Source: Bacteroidales bacterium
Lineage (GTDB): Bacteria; Bacteroidota; Bacteroidia; Bacteroidales; UBA12077
Assembly: GCA_028282585.1 (NCBI GenBank)
Contig: JANQHR010000168.1
Span: 1 to 23,139, forward strand
Direction: 5' to 3'
Length of the DNA: 23,139 nucleotides
Shown here: positions 16,731 through 23,139 of the stretch, in pieces
How positions within the stretch are numbered: the first letter of the stretch is position 1
Layout of the letters: each line of letters starts with the position of its first letter
Made by a program: the position numbers and the translations under genes
The notes under the pieces: generated by a model
Told to the model about the DNA's origin: nothing
The model's input: the letters and a program-made list of their open reading frames with translations, nothing else
The model's database searches: none

Positions 16731-19700
16731 ATGACTTTTTTACATAATTCGAAAACTGAAAAAGTTATTCGCGCAATCCTGCGAATAACTTTTTTTTATG
16801 CAGCAATGTTGCTGAGTACTTCTGATATTTTTTCTCAAACCTACTATTTTGATGAGTATGGAGTTCAAGAGGGATTACCTTCTAAAATCTATGATTTGGT
16901 TCAAGATGATCAAGGTTATATATGGATGGCATCAGAAAGTGGGGTTTCAAAATTTGATGGTGTTAATATAAAAAATTACACTTCAGACGAAGGATTAGCC
17001 GAAGGCGGAATAAAAGCCTTATTAAAAGATTCGAATGGGAAATTATGGATGGGACATATCTCAGGAGGCATATCCTTTTATGATGGAAAAAATATGTTTG
17101 TGCACCCTATAAGTGAAATGATTGGTTTTGAGGTAACATCGCTTATTATGGATAAAAATGATGTTCTGTGGATTTGTACCTTAGGCGATGGATTGATTCG
17201 TGTCGATAACCCCTATGAGTTAGATACTGCAAGAATTATATATGAACAATATAAAGGAGGAAGTTTAGGCGATAGAGTATTTTCAGGGAATATTGCATTA
17301 GGAGATTCTCTCTTTTTCATTACCGATTTCGGAATCAAAAGGTACGTAAAATCGGAAAATTCATTTAAAGGGTTTGCTCCTAAAGGTTTATCAAGATATT
17401 TTATGACCTCTGCAATGTTAGAAGCTAAGAATGGAGACATTTGGTATGGTACTTTTAATGGAGGATTATATAGGTATATAAAGCAAAAGGACGAATTTAA
17501 AATTTATGATGCCAGGGATGGATTGGCACATAATTGGATAAGTACAATTTCAGAAGATAGTAAAGGAAATATTTGGATAGGAACCTGGGGAGGAGGCATT
17601 ACTAAATTTTCCGGAGAAAGCTATACAACATTCAATAATACAAATGGACTTTCTGACTTAAAAATAAGAAAAATAAAGGAGGATATTGAAGGGAACATTT
17701 TAATAGGTACAAACGAGCATGGTTTGTTGATTTTTAAAGGAGAAAAATTCTCAACATATGGTGTTGATGACGGTTTAAGTAACCAAAATGTTTGGGCAAT
17801 AACTCAAGATAAAGATGGTAAATTCTGGTTTGGAACAAATAATGGAATTTCGATATATAATCCGGTAGCTGGAGAAAGAGGCATTAGGTATGCTTATTTT
17901 AATCAGGAATCGAGCGGTATTGGAGACCAGGTCAGGTTCTTAAAAGTTGATTCAAAAGGTAATATCTGGATTGGAACCGACGATGCAAACATTACGATGT
18001 ATAATTATAAATCAGGAAAGTTTGAGTCTAATCCTGCCATTAACCGGTTCTTTCGCAGAACTCAGAATGTAACTGCCATGGATATTGATAAGAAGAACTT
18101 ACTTTGGATTGGAACCCTGGCTGGGCTAATTTACTACGAGATTGATGAAAATAGAAGCCAGATATTAACTCAAGGATATGGTCTAAATGGAAATGTTATA
18201 ACGGTGGTTTATGCGGACTCTAAAGATAGAGTTTGGGTGGGTATTGATAATGCAAAGGGATTAAATATGATTAAGGATGATAAGGTTATAAAGGTCAACC
18301 TTAAAGGGTCATATACTCCTAATTCCATTGTAGAAGATAATGAAGGTAATATATGGGTTGGAACAAAGGCAAAAGGTATTATTGTACTAAAAGATACAAC
18401 CATTCAAAGAATAATCACGGAAGAAGATGGATTAATATCCAATGTAATTAATCAATTGAATGTTGACGATAATAATAATATCTTTATTGGTACAAGTCGG
18501 GGCTTAAATAAAATTGATTTAGAAGGAAATATTCATGTTTATACTGAAAAAAGCGGCTTTACGGGAATTGAAGCGAAGCAAAATGCAACGTATAAAGATA
18601 AAGATGGTAATTTATGGTTTGGTACAGTAAATGGTGTTACAAAATACCAACCTCGATTAGATAAAGAAAAGTTTAAAGAACCTCTTACTCACATATCAGG
18701 TTTAATGATTAATTATAAAGAACGTGATTTGGAACCAGGTTTAAAATTAAACTTTACGGAAAATACTATAAAATTCGACTATAATAGTATTTCTTTTGAG
18801 AACCCTGATGTTATAAGATACCAGATAATGTTGGATCCGGCAGAAAAAGAATGGAGACCAATTACAGCTCAGACTAGTGCTATTTATTCATCTTTAGCAC
18901 CAGAGAAGTATACATTCAAAGTAAAGGCTAGAAGCAGTGATGGTATTTGGAATTCAGAGCCTATAACGTATAGTTTTACAATCCGCCCACCATTTTATAA
19001 AACCTGGTGGTTCATACTTTCTGTAATTGCTGTTGGTGTAATTGGAATTATTGTCTTTATCAAAGTTCGAGAGCGTAATCTTATTAAAGAAAAGAAAATT
19101 CTTGAGGAGAAGGTTGCGGAGAGAACCGCTGAGGTAGTTCAGAAAAGTATGGAGCTAGAGAAAAAGAATAAGGACATTACGGATAGCATTCGATATGCAA
19201 AAAGAATTCAAACTGCCGTATTGCCGCCGGAAATTCCATTTGACAACACGTTTATTTTCTTCCGTCCGAAAGATATTGTAAGCGGAGATTTTTATTGGTT
19301 AGAGCATATTGGAGATAAAGAAATGATTGCCGCCGTAGATTGCACCGGACATGGAGTTCCGGGAGCATTCTTGTCTATTCTGGGGCATAGTATGTTAACC
19401 AAAATTGTACGCGAGTATGGAATAGTGGAACCTGCTAAAATTCTGGATAGATTAGATCAGGAAATAATTCATGCACTTCATCAAAAGAATGTTAAGGGTG
19501 AGCGCGTAGTTAATGATGGAATGGATTTAGCGTTGATTTGTTATAATCGCGATACCAATATATTGGAATATGCAGGTGGTTACAATCCTTTAATTATGAT
19601 AAGAAACGGTGAATTAGAAGAAATAAAAGCTGATCGATTCCCAATTGGTATGACTACCATACATACAGATAAGAAATTTACAAATCATGAGATAAAGGTC

Positions 19701-19922
19701 GAAAAAGGTGATTCTTTTTACATTTTTTCTGATGGATATGCGGACCAGTTTGGAGGTGAGGATGGTCGAAAATTCCGCAAGAAAAACATGAAAGAATTAC
19801 TATTAACAATTCAGGATGTGCCAATGAAAGATCAAGGAACAAAATTAGAAGAACACATTACTGAGTGGATGAGAAACTATGAACAAATTGATGACATGGT
19901 TTTCATAGGAAGAAGATTTTAA
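16731..19922 (+). CDS. Membrane sensor: Reg_prop beta-propellers, Y_Y_Y domain, TM helix, coiled coil and SpoIIE/PP2C phosphatase
   Basis: Repeated (E/Q)DxxGxIWxGT and DGL motifs; YSSLAPEKYTFKVKA; PPFYKTWWF plus TM; VSGDFY, DCTGHGVPGA, DGMD, SDGYADQFGG, QIDD phosphatase motifs. Confidence 0.93.
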   Translation: MTFLHNSKTEKVIRAILRITFFYAAMLLSTSDIFSQTYYFDEYGVQEGLPSKIYDLVQDDQGYIWMASESGVSKFDGVNIKNYTSDEGLAEGGIKALLKDSNGKLWMGHISGGISFYDGKNMFVHPISEMIGFEVTSLIMDKNDVLWICTLGDGLIRVDNPYELDTARIIYEQYKGGSLGDRVFSGNIALGDSLFFITDFGIKRYVKSENSFKGFAPKGLSRYFMTSAMLEAKNGDIWYGTFNGGLYRYIKQKDEFKIYDARDGLAHNWISTISEDSKGNIWIGTWGGGITKFSGESYTTFNNTNGLSDLKIRKIKEDIEGNILIGTNEHGLLIFKGEKFSTYGVDDGLSNQNVWAITQDKDGKFWFGTNNGISIYNPVAGERGIRYAYFNQESSGIGDQVRFLKVDSKGNIWIGTDDANITMYNYKSGKFESNPAINRFFRRTQNVTAMDIDKKNLLWIGTLAGLIYYEIDENRSQILTQGYGLNGNVITVVYADSKDRVWVGIDNAKGLNMIKDDKVIKVNLKGSYTPNSIVEDNEGNIWVGTKAKGIIVLKDTTIQRIITEEDGLISNVINQLNVDDNNNIFIGTSRGLNKIDLEGNIHVYTEKSGFTGIEAKQNATYKDKDGNLWFGTVNGVTKYQPRLDKEKFKEPLTHISGLMINYKERDLEPGLKLNFTENTIKFDYNSISFENPDVIRYQIMLDPAEKEWRPITAQTSAIYSSLAPEKYTFKVKARSSDGIWNSEPITYSFTIRPPFYKTWWFILSVIAVGVIGIIVFIKVRERNLIKEKKILEEKVAERTAEVVQKSMELEKKNKDITDSIRYAKRIQTAVLPPEIPFDNTFIFFRPKDIVSGDFYWLEHIGDKEMIAAVDCTGHGVPGAFLSILGHSMLTKIVREYGIVEPAKILDRLDQEIIHALHQKNVKGERVVNDGMDLALICYNRDTNILEYAGGYNPLIMIRNGELEEIKADRFPIGMTTIHTDKKFTNHEIKVEKGDSFYIFSDGYADQFGGEDGRKFRKKNMKELLLTIQDVPMKDQGTKLEEHITEWMRNYEQIDDMVFIGRRF

Positions 19923-19943
19923 GTCTAATTAAACCTATACTAG

Positions 19944-20106
19944 AAGGGGATGTCCAAAAAGTCTTAGTGTTCTTTGTGTTTGCTTTGTGAAACTTTGTGG
20001 TATAATTATAAAAGGCTGTTACACAGAGAACCACAAAGAAAACACAAAGTTACTCAGTGAAAAATACGAACAAAATTTAACTATTGTACTTTTTGGACAC
20101 CCCCTT
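19944..20106. repeat. MITE/REP-like element: 19-bp terminal inverted repeats enclosing an internal repeated palindrome
   Basis: AAGGGGATGTCCAAAAAGT (19944-62) / ACTTTTTGGACACCCCCTT (20088-106), 18/19 match; inner CTTTGTG x3 mirrored by CACA(G/A)AG x3. Confidence 0.8.
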
Positions 20107-20119
20107 TTTTTATGATAAC

Positions 20120-21061
20120 TTAATTATTTCTAAAAAGATTTACGAGCTGTATTCTTCTTTTAACATTTGTTTTCCTAAAGATTTTAGAGATATGATCTCT
20201 AACAGTTACAGGAGTAATAAATAATATTTCGGCAATTTCTTTATTTGGTTTACCCTCGCATACTAATTTTATAACTTCTTGTTCACGTTTGGTAATTTTA
20301 TACTTAACAAACAAATGATCAAAATAGTTATATTTATCTAAGTTGTAGGTTGGGTAAATTGATACAAACATCTTCTTAAAGAAAACAGTATTTAAAATAA
20401 AAAAAGTAAGGATAATTAAACTTATTACCAACATTTGAGTGTTTTCTGAAAAAATATCTATATAAACTAAAATCCTGCTAATAACCAAGCAGATGGTGAA
20501 GTAAAATAAGAAATGAATTACTTGTAATTTTGATGTTTTATTATTGGAAGATTTAATTTTTTTTAATCTATAAAAAGCAAGAACTAAGAAGAAACTATTA
20601 CATAAGAAGAACAGTAGATGAATAAGTGCTCCGGGAATCTTTTGAAAAATTTGATAGTTAACCAAGAAAATACTAAGGAAGAAAAGAAGAATTACAATTA
20701 GGCTTAAAACAACAGGGATTCTTTTATAAGAGGGTTTCCATTTTAAATTAACTAAGTCTAGAATAAAATATACGAGATGATAAGCAATGTATATTCTTAT
20801 AATAGATAAGAAGGCTTCAATTAATAAAAAAACAATTTTGAATTCATTTGATAATAAATATTCCGGTCTGGTAATTTTAAAAAAAGCCTCTAAAGTGTGA
20901 GTAAAGGTTATAATTGTAAATCCAAATATTACATAAATATACGATCTTAAGTAAGAGCGTTTATTATTTTTATAAAAAGTGAAAAGAATGTAAAGTAATA
21001 TTAATCCAAAACAAGATGAAAAAAAATGAATTAAGTGTGAAACTTCAAGCATATTAAGCAC
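20120..21061 (-). CDS. Membrane-anchored LuxR/GerE-family regulator (about 7 TM helices plus C-terminal HTH); start may be ATG 21052
   Basis: Hydrophobic N-terminal ~230 aa; ITKREQEVIKLVCEGKPNKEIAEILFITPVTVRDHISKIFRKTNV LuxR HTH. Confidence 0.9.
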   Translation of the reverse strand: MLNMLEVSHLIHFFSSCFGLILLYILFTFYKNNKRSYLRSYIYVIFGFTIITFTHTLEAFFKITRPEYLLSNEFKIVFLLIEAFLSIIRIYIAYHLVYFILDLVNLKWKPSYKRIPVVLSLIVILLFFLSIFLVNYQIFQKIPGALIHLLFFLCNSFFLVLAFYRLKKIKSSNNKTSKLQVIHFLFYFTICLVISRILVYIDIFSENTQMLVISLIILTFFILNTVFFKKMFVSIYPTYNLDKYNYFDHLFVKYKITKREQEVIKLVCEGKPNKEIAEILFITPVTVRDHISKIFRKTNVKRRIQLVNLFRNN

Positions 21062-21101
21062 CTATTTATGTAGGATATATTAAAAACACTACAAATGTAG
21101 G
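21061..21101. promoter_or_regulatory. Two related palindromic boxes, candidate LuxR binding sites
   Basis: CCTATTTATGTAGG (21061-74) and ACTACAAATGTAGG (21088-101), 27 bp apart; -7 box TATTTTTG at 21126-21133 for the hydrolase gene. Confidence 0.65.
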
Positions 21102-21186
21102 ATTTCTTAAAATAAAAACAAGGTATATTTTTGGTTGAAAGAATGCATAATTATTCAATTGAGATTATAACTAAAATGTTAAAACT

Positions 21187-22395
21187 ATGAAAAATGTAAA
21201 ATTTATTTTGGCAATAATGATCTTATTATTAGTTAAAAATATTTTTGCTCAAATTAACGATCAAATAAAAAACTTTGAAGAAAATATTTATGAATTAAAT
21301 TTTTCAAGTGAAGGAATTAGGCAAACAGAAAATACTTTTTCTATTTATAATAGGATGGAGCATTATAATGTTCCGGGATTAAGTATTGCATTTATTGAAA
21401 AAAACAAAATTGAATGGACTCGAGAATATGGTTTTCTCGAGGCTGGCAGTGATAAAGCTGTAAATGAAAAAACAATATTCCAGACGGCTTCTGTAAGTAA
21501 ATTTGTTGCTTCGGTATTAATCCTTCATTATGTAGACAAAGGAATTCTTGATTTAGATAAGGATATTAACAGTTATCTGAAATCATGGAAAATTCCAGAA
21601 AATGAGTTTAATAAAAATAAAACAATAACACTTAGACATATACTTTCACATACTTCCGGACTTCCTAGTTTCCCTATGTTTGAAAGAGATACAAGTGATA
21701 ATGAACCAACTGTGATTCAAGTTTTAAATGGGGAGCATCCTGCATTAAATCCTCCTGCTGTTTGTACTTTCGAACCAGGAGATCACTGGGCTTATTCAAA
21801 TATAGGTTATGCTGTGTTACAGATCTTATTAGAGGATATAACCGGAATGAGTATAAATGAAATTGCAGATGAAGTTTTATTTAAGCCTTTACAAATGAAG
21901 TCGAGTTCTTTTAACTACCCCCTTCCAATTACATGGCAAAAAAGAGAAGCCAAACCTCATGCTACAGATGGGGCTCTAAGAGATCCGGTTATTGATCCTA
22001 CGAAAACAATAGGTGGTTTTCTTTCCACACCTTCAGATATGGCAAAGTTGGTAATAGAGGTAATGAAATCATATCAAGGTGAATCAGATAAATTACTAAC
22101 CCAAGAGACAGTAAACAACATGTTCAAAACAGTAGCTCCTATACCACCAGAAGCATTGGGCCTGCCTTTAAATATGGGGCTTGGAGTTCTTCTTGATAAT
22201 GAGACAGAAAATTTTGCAATATTACATCCCGGTCATAGCTATCCCGGAACAGTTTTTGTCTTTTTTGCTTTTCCAAAACAAAAAAGTGGAGTTGTAGTTG
22301 CTGCAAACGGGAACATAGGAGATAGATTATATCTTGAGATAATAGCTACTCTAGCAGATAAATATGGATGGTCTAAAGGGCAATATTTTAAATAA
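21187..22395 (+). CDS. Secreted serine hydrolase, beta-lactamase class C/AmpC-like fold
   Basis: Signal peptide; FQTASVSK (SxxK), TLRHILSHTSG, WAYSNIGY (YxN), HPG motif. Confidence 0.92.
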   Translation: MKNVKFILAIMILLLVKNIFAQINDQIKNFEENIYELNFSSEGIRQTENTFSIYNRMEHYNVPGLSIAFIEKNKIEWTREYGFLEAGSDKAVNEKTIFQTASVSKFVASVLILHYVDKGILDLDKDINSYLKSWKIPENEFNKNKTITLRHILSHTSGLPSFPMFERDTSDNEPTVIQVLNGEHPALNPPAVCTFEPGDHWAYSNIGYAVLQILLEDITGMSINEIADEVLFKPLQMKSSSFNYPLPITWQKREAKPHATDGALRDPVIDPTKTIGGFLSTPSDMAKLVIEVMKSYQGESDKLLTQETVNNMFKTVAPIPPEALGLPLNMGLGVLLDNETENFAILHPGHSYPGTVFVFFAFPKQKSGVVVAANGNIGDRLYLEIIATLADKYGWSKGQYFK

Positions 22396-22406
22396 TTGTA
22401 CCTTTT

Positions 22407-22445
22407 AATAGGCTGAAGATCACATTAATTTTCGGCCTATTTTTA
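22407..22445. terminator. Intrinsic terminator between convergent genes
   Basis: AATAGGCTGAAGAT / ATTTTCGGCCTATT stem (both mismatches are G-U on the + strand) followed by a T-run. Confidence 0.7.
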
Positions 22446-22447
22446 TT

Positions 22448-23029
22448 TTATACTGCTGCAATATTAATCATATTTTCATCCCAAGTTGGAGCATTATTAA
22501 TTGCACTTATAATTTCTTCGGGTGAGTCAATCGATGTCCAAATGTTGCGATGTTCATGTCGCATAAATTTCTCATCAATCATCTTATCAAATAATTGGAA
22601 TAATCCGTCATAAAATCCATCTGTATTTACAAAAATTATTGGTTTCGTAAATTTACCTAAACGTTTTAAAGTAATTACTTCCATTGCTTCTTCAAGAGTA
22701 CCGCTTCCCCCAGGTAAAATAACAACAGCATCAATATTTTCCACCAATTTTTTCTTGCGTTCATGCATATCTGCAACCTCAATTAACTGATCTACTTTTG
22801 GATGCCCCCATTCGACCTCCATCATAAATTTTGGGATTATTCCCAAGATTTTACCATTTTTAGCCAAAACAGTATCTGCTAATTTTCCCATCAGCCCTAT
22901 GGAGCCTCCACCATATATTGTTGTAACATTATTGTCTACTAAAACCTTTGCTAAACGCTCGGCTACGTCAAAATATTTTTGATCAATCTTCTGACTTGAT
23001 GCACAAAATACACTTACTCTAGAGATCAT
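22448..23029 (-). CDS. LOG family nucleotide monophosphate phosphoribohydrolase (TIGR00730 Rossmann-fold protein)
   Basis: VFCASS, YGGGSIGLMG, MHERKK, LPGGSGTLEE, KPIIFVNTDGFY. Confidence 0.93.
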   Translation of the reverse strand: MISRVSVFCASSQKIDQKYFDVAERLAKVLVDNNVTTIYGGGSIGLMGKLADTVLAKNGKILGIIPKFMMEVEWGHPKVDQLIEVADMHERKKKLVENIDAVVILPGGSGTLEEAMEVITLKRLGKFTKPIIFVNTDGFYDGLFQLFDKMIDEKFMRHEHRNIWTSIDSPEEIISAINNAPTWDENMINIAAV

Positions 23030-23113
23030 AATTTCAAGTTATTTGGGATCACTTGAATTATTAGGTGGAGAATAAAATAAAATACATATTTGCATTTTTA
23101 GAAATATTAGAAT

Positions 23114-23139
23114 ATGAATGCAAATAGGGAGGAGCTTTT
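23114..23139 (+). CDS. Possible 5' end of a gene running off the window (MNANREEL...)
   Basis: ATG after an A-rich leader, divergent from the LOG gene; only 8 codons visible. Confidence 0.35.

Noticed and set aside
13747-18403. Short ORFs 13747-13977, 14050-14235, 14518-14715, 15752-15943, 17213-17440, 18209-18403
   Set aside because: Nested antisense or alternate-frame ORFs within long conserved genes; no coding features
21187-22395. Calling the serine hydrolase a true AmpC beta-lactamase or resistance gene
   Set aside because: It has HPG rather than the KTG triad; the family includes many peptidases and esterases, so activity cannot be assigned from sequence

Overview
AT-rich Bacteroidota DNA, most likely Bacteroidales/Marinilabiliales, judged from gene families, TAnnTTTG -7 promoter boxes and the recX-prmC/ribD arrangement. 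The window has two parts. (1) Positions 1-6805 are the right end of an integrative element bounded by a duplicated 3' fragment of a tRNA-Ala (att core 6789-6805). It encodes a tyrosine integrase, an uncharacterised putative regulator, an excisionase-like HTH protein, a Rep_trans/gene II-type rolling-circle initiator or relaxase, a small conserved phage-type protein, an interrupted KilA-N gene, two tandem secreted paralogs and an XRE regulator. It also carries several helically phased repeat arrays and palindromes. No conjugation, capsid or morphogenesis genes are visible, so it may be a satellite or mobilizable element. (2) Positions 6810-23139 are host chromosome: an M28 peptidase, prfB with its +1 programmed frameshift, two LPP20-like exported proteins, recX, prmC, ribD, an operon of an exported TPR-Ig-caspase lipoprotein plus a beta-propeller/PP2C (SpoIIE) membrane sensor, a MITE/REP-like nested inverted repeat, a membrane-anchored LuxR regulator divergent from an AmpC-fold serine hydrolase (two palindromic boxes lie between them), and a LOG-family gene. 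All family calls come from recognising motifs by eye; no database searches were run.
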